A stretch of DNA of 64,000 bases from contig LVLI01000135.1 in NCBI GenBank assembly GCA_001687465.1, positions 62,001 through 126,000 on the forward strand, in the 5' to 3' direction. The stretch is from Halocafeteria seosinensis. Lineage: Eukaryota. Position numbers and translations under genes: made by a program. Positions 1-10,385 of the stretch are shown here, piece after piece. Each line of letters begins with the position of its first letter. Position 1 is the stretch's first letter. A model generated the notes under the pieces. The model made no database searches, was not told the DNA's origin, and worked only from the letters and a program-made list of their open reading frames with translations.

Positions 1-1790
1 TTGGGTGCAACCAGAACACTGCACTGGCGGATGCGTGACCATTGTTTCGGTAGTAGGGTTGTCGCAGCCCACCCGGCATACAGGAAACAAATCCCAGTAA
101 AAAGGGTAATGTACTGATGGGCAGCAGCTCTGAAGAGTTGACGGACATCAGGTTCCGTTGGTCCGTCTAGCGAAAAATATATGGCGCGTGCAAAAAGAGC
201 TGCACAAGCACAATGTGCAACAAGCATTAGGAGTATTTTCCCCCGAGTGTTCACCGTCCTGTCCGCAGCATCGCCTAATCCAATAGGATTGGCTACGGTA
301 ACTAATCTGGTAACCGCACGCCACGGGTTTCGAACAAAGAGTCCTTTTCCAGCTCCCCAGAACGACCGTATGTGACGCAGCCGGGTACATTTCCATAAAC
401 AGTTCCCACATTTATACAAATGCAAATGCAACCAGCCAAATTTTCGGTTTGGGGTGTGTAGCTTGTCAGTGAATGCGCGACTTGAAGCATTAGGTGGAGC
501 AAACGCTGACGTATCGACAACTGTTGTAGAACTCGTGTGCTGCGTACCGGAAAAACCACAAAGAACAAAGACAACGGTGGCTCGAATCGATCTTAATGCG
601 GCTCTCAGTTCATGAAGGAACATAGTCATGTTCAACAGAGCCTCGAAAAATAGGACAATGCTAAACTGCAAGTCCTCAAACAATTCATAGTCCCAAATCG
701 ACGTCTTTACCGTGGTGTAATCTTCGTCGATAGTGCGTTTTCCGCTTCCAAACCCTTCCCTTACCCGTATCACTTCATTTTGATGTATTCCCTTAATTGG
801 GCCGTGATTTAGGGAGTGTTTGACTGTGTAGAAGTTGTCGTCCATCGGATGAGACCAATTGAATCTTTTCCACACATGCTCGGGAACCTCGGACTCCTCG
901 TATGTTTCCGGATGGTTACTCTCCGTTCTACTGCGGCATTTCATGATGTAAGATATACTTATATCGACAATGGAGGTAAAAAGCTCCTTGGGACACTGCC
1001 CAATCTCCAGACCTTGTTCGGTTTGCCGGATATCTACAGGTATAAGGTGAGCAAACACAGTTCCGGAAAAGCAAAGCTTCCTACGGATCCGTTGGATATC
1101 CGCAAGAAAATCTTCTGAAAGCTCCCCATCTCTAGTTTTCCTTATTAAAAACACAATGCCCAACAAGTTTCCCATGTTGGAATCGAGAATCTCCTTCATC
1201 CAATATTCTGCCCTCTTAATCCAATATTCCAATTGCTTCAGGCAAGGGGCCTGCGGGGTTGCTCCAATGATTGCATCCAGAGTAACGAACACAATATCAG
1301 CACTTTGTATGTAGGCTAACGGATCCAAAGTAGATTTACCGTCATCAAGTTCTCGCCATATTATGTTGTAGACTGAGTCTCCCAAGCGACTGGCAGAACT
1401 GTCTCCATCTTTGGGGTTGTGTCGAGGACCCCCTTCTTCATTAGATACGGACAAAGTCAGACTATCGACCCACTGAGATTTGAAGAGAAATTCATTGATG
1501 TTGCCAAGAGATGTTATCCAAAGCTGTGTTGGCGGCTCATCCAGCTTCTCGATCCCAGGGAAAATATCTTGTGGAGGCGGAATCCTGGCGTCACTGTCGG
1601 ATATAGAGAATGCTACAAGTCTAGGATCCGGATGAAAAGGATAATCCTCCAGATCTTCAGCATGAACATATCTTTGCTCGATGTGCGCACGATGATGTTG
1701 GTCCTGGTTAAGAAGCCGGGCCTTGTGCTCCCCGTTGGTGTGAACCACGGGAGCACCAGAATCGTTCACGGCAGAATATGAGCGTAGCAT
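1..1790 (-). CDS. Tandem family copy 1, multi-pass membrane protein of unknown function; 3' end runs off the window
   Basis: Manual translation from ATG 1790 (MLRSYSAVNDSGAPVVHTNGEHK...) stays open to the window edge and is collinear with the 1032-aa ORF at 13227-16325. Missing from the ORF track because it has no stop in the window. Confidence 0.8.
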   Translation of the reverse strand, partial: MLRSYSAVNDSGAPVVHTNGEHKARLLNQDQHHRAHIEQRYVHAEDLEDYPFHPDPRLVAFSISDSDARIPPPQDIFPGIEKLDEPPTQLWITSLGNINEFLFKSQWVDSLTLSVSNEEGGPRHNPKDGDSSASRLGDSVYNIIWRELDDGKSTLDPLAYIQSADIVFVTLDAIIGATPQAPCLKQLEYWIKRAEYWMKEILDSNMGNLLGIVFLIRKTRDGELSEDFLADIQRIRRKLCFSGTVFAHLIPVDIRQTEQGLEIGQCPKELFTSIVDISISYIMKCRSRTESNHPETYEESEVPEHVWKRFNWSHPMDDNFYTVKHSLNHGPIKGIHQNEVIRVREGFGSGKRTIDEDYTTVKTSIWDYELFEDLQFSIVLFFEALLNMTMFLHELRAALRSIRATVVFVLCGFSGTQHTSSTTVVDTSAFAPPNASSRAFTDKLHTPNRKFGWLHLHLYKCGNCLWKCTRLRHIRSFWGAGKGLFVRNPWRAVTRLVTVANPIGLGDAADRTVNTRGKILLMLVAHCACAALFARAIYFSLDGPTEPDVRQLFRAAAHQYITLFTGICFLYAGWAATTLLPKQWSRIRQCSVLVAP

Positions 1791-2140
1791 TGTTCTTCTT
1801 CCGCCACTACACTTATAGTACAAAAGCAATTCAATATTTGCCACTACAAAAAGGCATCTCTCTTGCTGACAATACAACTCTTCTACCTGTTCATCAAGGG
1901 CGGGTGGCGGTTTCTTGCCCCGCACCGTATGCATTTGTAGATCAGCATTCCGCAACACTGTGACGCTTCTCTACGACACAGCTCAAATTACAGCTACAGC
2001 GCTCCTTACACTACGATGTAGATCTTCATTCGCCTGCGGAACTGGTAGCATGGCTTCAGTCTTGCTCGGTAGTTCTTCCGCTTGCATGAGGTACAATATA
2101 TGGGTTGTATTGAAAGTGAAAGTACAGTTTACGCCCACAG

Positions 2141-2716
2141 CTCATTGGTTCTGGGTTTAGCAGCAAAGTCGCTATGTTTAGTAGAACGAGAGTACCGAGA
2201 GTACGATGATGAGCACACTGGAAGATGTATATAATTCCCTAAACTAAAGTGCGGCAAACGTCGCTCTGGCTGCTCAGCATTGATGATTGAAATATGGAGT
2301 GACATAGGCAATGACGGTAGACATGAGAGTAACAAGACCAATAACGTTAGACATGACTTGTTCCGGAGAAAGTACTATCCCGGGCCATATCGCAAGCGCT
2401 AAGACACTCTCCCGAACAGTTTCACGCACCAGTGCAAGGGCTTTGGAAGTCTGCCGTAACAACTCAACGATACCAGTATTTGCTCTGTTGGCATCCTTTT
2501 CAATTTGTTTGCGACGTAACTGGTCCTCCAGTTGTTCTACTACTGTTTGTTGGTTGGCCAGAAGTTGCACTTGCCGAATTTACAGCCAACGCAAACCTGA
2601 AGCTCTGTACTAGTACATTACGAACAAAAGAAGAATCAACGCGAATAACGCATCGATCAGTACAGTGCTACGCAAGGTTATGCTCTTCCTTTGCACGAGA
2701 ACTAAAATCAAAGCAA
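2141..2716 (-). pseudogene. 3' fragment (C-terminal TM/coiled-coil part and 3' flank) of the tandem family gene
   Basis: Near-identical to 13093-13660. In-frame TAG created by a 6-bp insertion (TACTAGTA at 2608-2615). Homology ends at about 2712-2716. Confidence 0.9.
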
Positions 2717-3200
2717 ACAGTTTCGTCAACACATTAACATGTCCAAAGTGCGCAGCCAAGTGGCAAGGTGTCCGCTGATCGTAATTTCTGGAGGCTGGGC
2801 TAATAAATTCCACAGGAAAGTCTGCCATTGTTAAGATGGAGTTGGATAACTGCATACGTATGAGTCATATGCCAGTGGCCAGAACTGCGGAAGAGACTCT
2901 GGGGAAGACAGGTGGTCCTCGGGTCACTGCGGGAGCTGAAAGATGAGGCAGATTCGAAGCCTATGCGGAGCGGAATGGTCATAGAGGAGAAATACACCCT
3001 TTGACTCCTGCAGCAGTACTGCTGCAGTAGCTTCGATACTGGGCGATATGACCACAGACCATGTAGGAACAACTATGAATCGAGACACTCTATCTGGCGT
3101 GTCTGCGTGTCCTTGGAGTGGCGTTACCCTGTTTGTCCTATGAGTATAATCCACCTGATCGATGCTGATTTGATTTGCCACACCACACTCCAAACATGCA
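2717..3200 (-). pseudogene. Ankyrin-repeat gene remnant
   Basis: NYDQRTPCHLAAHFGHVNVLTKL fits the ankyrin consensus (G-TPLH-AA--GH--vv--L); weaker TPLQGHAD motif near 3100-3130; frames are broken. Confidence 0.55.
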
Positions 3201-3505
3201 ACAAGGTCGGTAGATAACTGCGATAACCACTGTAGTTGGAGTTAAATACACATCACCACATAAGATGGGCATGTATTTGTTTCACCAAAAGACAGTCTGC
3301 CTTGTTGAATGTATACTACTGTATATGCATCATGCATAAGGGTTGTTGCTTGCTTGTTTATCTGAGGTAAAGCCACTCAGCGTAACACACCATCCATACA
3401 CTACCGGTACACTACAGGGTATGCTATAGTATACTATACTATACAACAAAGTATAATAGTGTACTGTACAGTCTACCTGTCTAAAGAAGAAGAAGAAGAC
3501 GAAGA

Positions 3506-4408
3506 ATGGCATCCAACAGCAGCAAGAGGAGGGACGCCGAGGATGAAGAAACAGTGCAGAAGAGTATTCAACGGATTCGACGAAATGATCCAGAGTATAA
3601 GAATACAGAAGGGGATCTTGTTTGCAAGAACTTGGATGACCAAGATGCAAAAGACATAGCAGATGCCTTGCGGGAGGGAACCAATACGGCATTGACGAGG
3701 ATTGATTTAAATGGGAATCAGCTCGGTGATACAGGAGCTCAACATTTGGCGGATGCCTTGCGGGTCAATACGACATTGACGAGGATTAATTTAACAGGGA
3801 ATCAAACCAGTGATACAGGAGCGCAACATTTGGCGGATGCCTTGCGGGTCAATACGACATTGACTACGATTATTTTGGGGGCTAATCAGATCGGTGCTAC
3901 AGGAGCTCAACATTTGGCGGATGCCTTGCGGGTCAATACGACATTGACTGGGATTTATTTAGCAGGGAATCAAATCAGTGATACAGGAGCGCAACATTTG
4001 GCGGATGCCCTGCGGGTCAATACGACATTGACTACGGTTGATTTAGGAGTGAATGAAATTGGTGATTCAGGAGCGCAACATTTGGCGGATGCCTTGCGGG
4101 TCAGTACGACATTGACGGGGATCAATTTAGACAATAATCAGATCGGTGATACAGGAGCTCAACATTTGGCGGATGCCTTGCGGGTCAATACGACATTGAC
4201 GAGGATTAATATATTCAACAATGAAATCAAGGATCAATCTCTTGCGGACAGAATCGAGCATTTAGTAGAGCAGAGAAATAAGGTAAGACCACGACGACTT
4301 CCTCCAGCATGCAACCATCGTGTTTTGTCAAAGACTCGTGCCAATCGAATGAGACTAGATCTCTTTCTTAGTTCACACAACAACAAGGTGAACACGATGC
4401 ATGCATGA
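3506..4408 (+). CDS. 28-aa RI-like (NLRC3/NOD3-type) leucine-rich repeat protein; 3' end uncertain
   Basis: 300-aa ORF with about 7 repeats of LT-I-L--NQIGDTGAQHLADALRVNTT and an RIRRNDP N-cap. A possible donor GTAAGA at 4283 could splice onward, perhaps to the ankyrin ORF. Confidence 0.9.
   Translation: MASNSSKRRDAEDEETVQKSIQRIRRNDPEYKNTEGDLVCKNLDDQDAKDIADALREGTNTALTRIDLNGNQLGDTGAQHLADALRVNTTLTRINLTGNQTSDTGAQHLADALRVNTTLTTIILGANQIGATGAQHLADALRVNTTLTGIYLAGNQISDTGAQHLADALRVNTTLTTVDLGVNEIGDSGAQHLADALRVSTTLTGINLDNNQIGDTGAQHLADALRVNTTLTRINIFNNEIKDQSLADRIEHLVEQRNKVRPRRLPPACNHRVLSKTRANRMRLDLFLSSHNNKVNTMHA
3690..4222 (+). repeat. 84-bp coding tandem repeat (LRR units)
   Basis: gcggatgcc(t/c)tgcgggtca(a/g)tacgacattgac recurs at 3749, 3833, 3917, 4001, 4085 and 4169. 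Confidence 0.95.
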
Positions 4409-4598
4409 GGAAGGGTTGTAGGTCGTTGCGACGACGTAGGGGCGGTCGCATTGGCTGGTCTGATGAACTAACTCCTGGCTGCTATTTTCTTATGTTTGTG
4501 TTCTGGTAGGCATGAACTGACGTTTCTAGTGCAGTGATTGTGCACGGTTGTTAAGTACTTAGCCAATTGTCATTGTCTCTATTTATTTATCTGCTTCG

Positions 4599-4961
4599 TT
4601 GTTGCTTGTTGATTGCAGAAAGAGCCCGAACGAGCCAAGCGTCAAGCGTTTGGAAAAACAGGCCACAACTGATGATTACGATGAAATCCGAAGGCTGGGA
4701 GATTCTTTGCGATCGGTAGATTTTGCTGGAAACACTGTCTTGCACAAGCTGTTGAGGAGTGCTAGCCAAGACGTTTGGAACAAAGTCAGAGATTTATTGT
4801 TGGCTGAAGACTTGGATTTTGATGTCAACATTCAAAATGACCGTGGAGAAACAGTTCTCCATTTGGCCGTCGGGCAGGAGCATGCTGACATTGCTGACGC
4901 GGTTGCCAAGAGGGGAGCTAACTCAAATCTCCTCGATAAGCCAGTGCTTTCTTATAGGTGA
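4599..4961 (+). CDS. Ankyrin-repeat exon or fragment, probably truncated
   Basis: DFAGNTVLHKL and DVNIQNDRGETVLHLAV--EHADIA; likely acceptor TTGCAG at about 4618; ends just before the retroelement remnant. Confidence 0.75.
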   Translation: MLLVDCRKSPNEPSVKRLEKQATTDDYDEIRRLGDSLRSVDFAGNTVLHKLLRSASQDVWNKVRDLLLAEDLDFDVNIQNDRGETVLHLAVGQEHADIADAVAKRGANSNLLDKPVLSYR

Positions 4962-5019
4962 CCATACAATGTCATACAAGAGAGATGTGTATTTAACTTC
5001 AACTATAGTAAGTACCCGT

Positions 5020-5900
5020 TAGCCGAGGCTACGCCTCCCATTATACGCCGTACTGGGCAGTACTTAATGCAACCACTTGACAGTTGCTCCGCTGCACCAA
5101 ACAGCTTAGGCGCAGTCTAAGATCCCTGACAAACAGGACCGGATCCGTTACCCAGATTACACGGCCTCTCATACAGCTCCTTCAAACAGGTAAGCGCTTT
5201 TGCGCCCATCCTACCGTAGGTTTGGTAGACGAATGGAATGAAGAGCCTCTCTGCTTCCCTTGCCAGCTTGAGATATTTGTTGTCCTGCTCTCTCTCTCTT
5301 ATCAGCGGCATACGTCGGTTTGAGGTGTTGCTGATGGAGGAGCGTCGAGGGGTGGGTGACCGTGATGTCGATCGCGTATATGCCCTCTGGCTGCATTACC
5401 TCGACGTCGGATCTTCTCTTCGTGGTTGCGCTTATCGGCTGCTCCGTCTTCGCCCACATCCCCCAGTACGTGAGCTGCTATGGAATCTCTGATTGCGTCG
5501 TGCCTCAAGGGGTACAAGCGCGATGTTTTAGGGGGTGCGATGCGTTCGATGAGCGCTTAAGTGCCCACGATGGGCTCGATTCCTAGCTCAGAGAGGCATG
5601 TATATTGGGCGTCTTCCTCCATAAGAAAGGCTCATCCTCAGTCTCCCATAAACAAATCCAAGGGATGCAGAAGTCTTCCATCAAACTACTGCCCAAGGGC
5701 GAGAAGGATTTACTGTGTTCGGCTTTCGCTTTCGCCTCCACTTCCCTTCCATAGCTAGCGCATAAGGCTTCGCAGGTCCCTTGTCGAGATCTATCTCGAG
5801 TGCCGTTTCCGGAGTACCAATCCCTGATATCTTAATAGAAAGAGCTTGTTCGTAGTTTACCAATTCTGCAGTCACTATGTACTCCGGTAAGTCAGTCACC
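5020..5900 (-). mobile_element. Degenerate 3' portion of an RLE-type (CRE/R2-group-like) non-LTR retrotransposon
   Basis: Frameshifted fragments LRHDAIRDSI, RRSDVEV--AIDITVTHP and REREQDNKY--FIPFVYQTYGRMGAKA match the C-terminal restriction-like endonuclease region. No RT domain seen; boundaries approximate. Confidence 0.75.
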
Positions 5901-6060
5901 CAGTAGGGCGCAGCCCCCAGTGATACAGCACCTAATCTCTTGCAGCAGCTTCAAGTCAATATGAAGAAGCGCTATTTGTCTCGTCTATCTTGCACATTGA
6001 TTGTCTTGTTTTCAATGAAGGGGAATCCAGGGCCTAAACGGATGAGGCTTTAATTTCAAA

Positions 6061-9000
6061 CTACTTAGGTTCAGAATCAGCATATAAACCGGGAAGAAGT
6101 GCACTGGCTGCTTTCCTCTTCAATATAATCATTTCTGAATTATTTGGCAAGGTAAACTTGCTTGTCTCGCCATGCTTCAACATTGTGCCCCCACGCACAA
6201 GAATCCGCTCCTCATTCTCATCGAAAATGGTGCTTTCACCTTTCTGGAACGAAACATTTTCCGTTGTTGCAAATACTACCAGCGAGACGAACACGTTGCA
6301 ATTCATCAGTTCGGGATTGAGAGTTTTGCTGGCCTCGTCAATCAGCACCTTGTTTCCCAAATACAATGTACGTGTTCTCCTCGTATCGCTTTGCCTGAAA
6401 CATTGCAAAGTGATTGAGGCCACCAACATACCCCAATCTCAAGATGGTATCATCGCTGCTTGATTTATCGGTGCGAATATAATAACGATTCGTTTCCAAT
6501 TTCTCATGAAGGACTTTCCAATCTCGCAACACGAGGCTGATATCCTTAGATTTGGGGAGTCCCGTGGTTATCGAATCGATGGGCTTATTTAAGAACCTAA
6601 ACAAAGTTTCACTTATTTCGTTCTTGTTGTAGTCAATTTGTGGGGTTCTCGTCTTGGCCGTGGTCGTATCACGCTTTATCGCTGGTAGTGCATGAACGCC
6701 ATCAATTCGAGCTTCGAAAGTCCCAAGCTCTGTTCCATTCAAAGCGGGCAGTACCTCGTTCAAATACACTCTAAGCTCTCCTTTAGCCTTCCTTCTAAAG
6801 TTGATAGTAGTTTGGAGTACAAGAGCAAGTAGAATCTCAAACTCTTCAGGATTCACATCGCATCTCCACTCGAGCCATGTTCGAAGAAAATCGCGACGGT
6901 CTTTCACCATCTTAATGAAAGTTTCATTCTGCGTGACGATTTTTGGTAACGATACAGACATACTAGTCCGATCCGCGCCCTTGGGGTCAACATATACTCC
7001 AAAACTCCGTACGAGGTCCCAGTCATTATATGTAGGATTCTCGCAAAATCGCGCATTACCGGAAAGAGGACGGACCGCCTCCACGACCGACGAAACTTTC
7101 AGCGCCATTGGCATCTCATACTTCCACATAGATAATCCATACAACAAACATAAATAATCACTTGCTTGATCCATGTCCTTCCAAAGTCCCAGCAACTGTT
7201 CGGTAGGGCCCTTCGTTGCATTGGCGATAAAGTCCTTGGTGATACTGTCTAAACTCGGAGCGTAGTTGACGGGAAAAGACACAAACCGGGGCACTCCACT
7301 GGTGGAATAGTGAAGACGATGAGCAACCATCTCAATATCCTTAATATTGCTAGAATGAAATTTGTTCCGTAGGATAACACTTATGTCGTCTTCGCCGAAT
7401 GTTCCCAGCCACAAAGGGACCGCCTCGTTCGGAGATTGCATTTCCCGAAATTCTCTCAAACGGCTTAGATCTTCGGTCCTACTGCTTATATAATATATGA
7501 CTTTATGATGACGTAGCAGTGCAGTCCAGAATTTTCTCAAACGAAGGACCTTGTCCTTAATCGTACGCCCGCGAGCACTGTATACTCCCATCTCGTCGAT
7601 ATGTACGAGGACCACAGGGGCAGTACCAGAGGTAACACCTGCAAGCTCCCAAAACTTATTAAGGACATCATGTGATGCACAACGGAACTTTTCCTGTTCC
7701 CACCATTCCGAAAACTTGAGACGCGCTTCATGAGATAAAACATAAGTGTACGGCTCGTCCAAAAACGCATCTTCTTTCTTGGATAACTTGACAGATTTCT
7801 GGAGTGTTGCGGCAAGGATCGCTTTTGTGATGTCGTGAACTGTAAAGTGAACACGCACACACATGCAAGGTCCCAACAACGCATGCTATTAACGAAACGG
7901 GAAACAGTTAGCACATACGTGTACATCTTTCGAAGTGGGTTTCTACGTCCACAAGAGTCACATAGGCCAAAAAAATTTCTTGCGCAATCTTGAGATGGTC
8001 ACTTTGAACGTGCTGAAGTAGTGCGCTTTCTTGGGCATGGAATTGTTTCAGGCACTGTATGCCGAGTTGTGTTTTACCTGAGCCCCATCCCAAGGCAGTA
8101 AACAGCGTCCGCAGCGCAGCATACTCATTACTCGTCGCCTGTGAGTGCTGTGCAATTGACTCCGCCATGGTAGCCAAGTCGACCAATCTATCGATGCAAA
8201 ATGGCTGTCCAGCATGGAGTTCCGCAGAAGGGATCTCTTCCATTGCATGAATCAGTTTTGGATACTGTAAGTGAATGAAGCCATCAAAGGCAACTGATAG
8301 ACAGAGTTCACTTACAACGAGGTATTTTCTTTACGGCAGCACCTGCCGTTTCCATCAACCACGAAGAAGAATGACTTAGCCCAGGGTAGACAAACATGAA
8401 TGCTCTACATACCGATATATTTCTGGCTCTCTCTGAACGCAGCGGTACCTAAAGTGGTGGCCTCTGGAACATTTTTCTCCCGGAAGAAGGCTATAGCTTT
8501 CTCTTCAGTGTCGAATGGAGCTTCTCCAAATGCAAAATCATATTTCTTAACCATCTTGATGCAAATCTCGTGCTTGTCTCCCAAATACTTTTTGTATTTT
8601 TCCAACCATTCGAGTAATGCTTTTTGACCTGCGGGTACTGCCGCCTCAAAGAAAGGGAGACATTGGAGTAATGGTTGTACGCAGCAGTTCCGTATGATAT
8701 GCGGGAGTTACTTACCCTCTGTGGTTGACGACTGTTTGGACTGAAAGAATTTCTGCTGCACGAAGTTTAATCCTGTCATTGGTATATTTAGCCTCTGGGG
8801 TCGACCGAGGGATACATTCCAAACGGGAAGAACATTGCTTGCTAGTCTCCTGCAAGGGGTGTTGGTGTTCGCAGCCGTGGCCTTTCCAGGATTTCCCTTG
8901 GCGGATGTCCATGTCCCTGCACCTCGGCTGGCATTCAGGCCTGTTCCACAGTAATGCCAGAGTTCATTCAAGACACTCCGTCTGTTAGATCCTGCAGTGG

Positions 9001-9091
9001 GCGGAAATTGACGTTTGGCCTTGCCAGGCAAGGCCAAGGCCAAGGCCAAGGCCGGACGACCCTGAAAGGCTCTTGCTAGCGTCGGAAACAT
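6061..9091 (-). pseudogene. Crinkler/RHS (CR)-like P-loop NTPase + PD-(D/E)xK-like nuclease gene, ~912 aa if a 7-bp insertion is removed
   Basis: Frame-consistent GT-AG introns 8715-8629, 8412-8294 and 7918-7840. Walker A GWGSGKT, Walker B VLVHIDE, nuclease-like SSDDTIL...FQAK...E--K. Single frameshift at 6362-6370. Confidence 0.72.
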
Positions 9092-9226
9092 GAGAAAGCC
9101 GGTGCTGTCTCTGTCTGTGTACGAGTGGATTCGTGGGTCCCCGCGAAGAGGAAATTTCGACGTGTTTCCAGGAGTATCCTTATAACATTACCTCCAGGTT
9201 GCCGAAATCCGAACCGAATTTCTCCA

Positions 9227-9327
9227 CGGGTCTGCGTCAATGCTTTGAAGTCACTCGTTTATGCTGCCTCTCTCCTAGTGGAACAGCGGGCCTGCAGCTG
9301 CCAGACACGGGCGCCAGCTGCTACCTA
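9227..9327 (+). repeat. ~100-bp direct repeat, copy 1
   Basis: cgggtctgcgtcaatgc...gctaccta, repeated at 10287-10384 with few differences. Confidence 0.95.
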
Positions 9328-9494
9328 GATTATGACACAAATGAAACAGAACCCACTTCAACACGAAAGACATTCATCGGGGCACCGATTTTTTAACCTG
9401 TTGACAAGTTGACGACACGGCTGGAGTCTTAGTCACTACTAGTCACTCACTAGAGACCCCGGCCGGGCTTCAAGCCCTCCCATCCGGGCGACCT

Positions 9495-10238
9495 GGAATG
9501 GAACGTTCGGAAGACGCGAATGGTGGAGGGGGAACGAGAAGAGGGACGAAGAACTGAGACGGATAGCACGTCCCGGGTGGAATCCGGATTCGAGAACAGC
9601 CGAAGAGCAAGCTACACGAATTGACTTATACGTGCAAGAGGAAACTAACAACAATATCGTCCCAATCCTATTAAGTTGCTTTCCCTCGTTAAGGGGATGC
9701 GGTCGATTCCCCGGCCGGTGGGCTACGTATCTGTCACATTTGTGTGTGTGACTGCTAGCGAGTCAAGCGGCTGTGTCGAGACGGGGGAGTAAGGACGAGA
9801 CGGAATGGAACGTTCGGAAGACGTGCATGGTACGAAAAGAGGGACGAAGAACTGAGACGGATAGCACGTCTCGGGTGGAATCCGGATTCGAGAACAGCCG
9901 AAGAGCAAGCTACACGAATTGACTTATCCGTGCAAGAGGAACTAACAACAATATCGTCCCAATCCTATTAGGCAATGAACTGCTAGCGAGTCAAGCGGCT
10001 GTGTCGAGACGGGGGAGTAACGACGAGACGGAATGGAACGTTCGGAAGACGCGCATGGTGGAGGGGGGACGAGAGCCAGAAGAGAGAAGCGTGTCGAAGA
10101 ACGAGCCGGATAGCACATCCCGGGTGGAATCCGGATTCGAGAACAGCCGAAGAGCAAGCTACACGAATTGACTTATACGTGCAAGGGGAAACTAACAACA
10201 ATATCCTCCCAATCCTATTAAGCAATGAACTGCTAGCT
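9495..10238 (+). repeat. Three imperfect tandem units of about 180-260 bp
   Basis: ggaatggaacgttcggaagacg...ggaatccggattcgagaacagccgaagagcaagctacacg...cccaatcctatta occurs three times. Confidence 0.95.
9676..9750 (+). mobile_element. Short retroposon-like insertion with (TG)n tail
   Basis: Absent from the equivalent site in the other tandem units, where it replaces about 6 bp (caatga). Matches the reverse complement of 12847-12931. Confidence 0.75.
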
Positions 10239-10286
10239 AGCCATGCGGAGGTCCCATGGGATGTGACGGGAACGGATACTGAAGTT

Positions 10287-10384
10287 CGGGTCTGCGTCAA
10301 TGCCTTGAAGTCACTCGTTTATGCTGCCTCTCTCCTAGTGGAACAGTGGGCCTGTAGCTGCCAGACACGGGCAGCTGCTACCTA
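10287..10384 (+). repeat. ~100-bp direct repeat, copy 2
   Basis: Matches 9227-9327. Confidence 0.95.
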
Positions 10385-10385
10385 A

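Noticed and set aside
1..1790. Copy 1 as a pseudogene, suggested by fragmentary ORFs in the track
   Set aside because: Manual translation is open throughout; the listed short ORFs are in other frames.
3690..4222. CRISPR-like array (constant repeats with variable inserts)
   Set aside because: The 84-bp period is in frame and encodes LRRs; eukaryotic context and no cas genes.
9227..10384. LTR retrotransposon or TRIM
   Set aside because: The direct repeats lack TG...CA ends, a recognisable PBS/PPT and a TSD.
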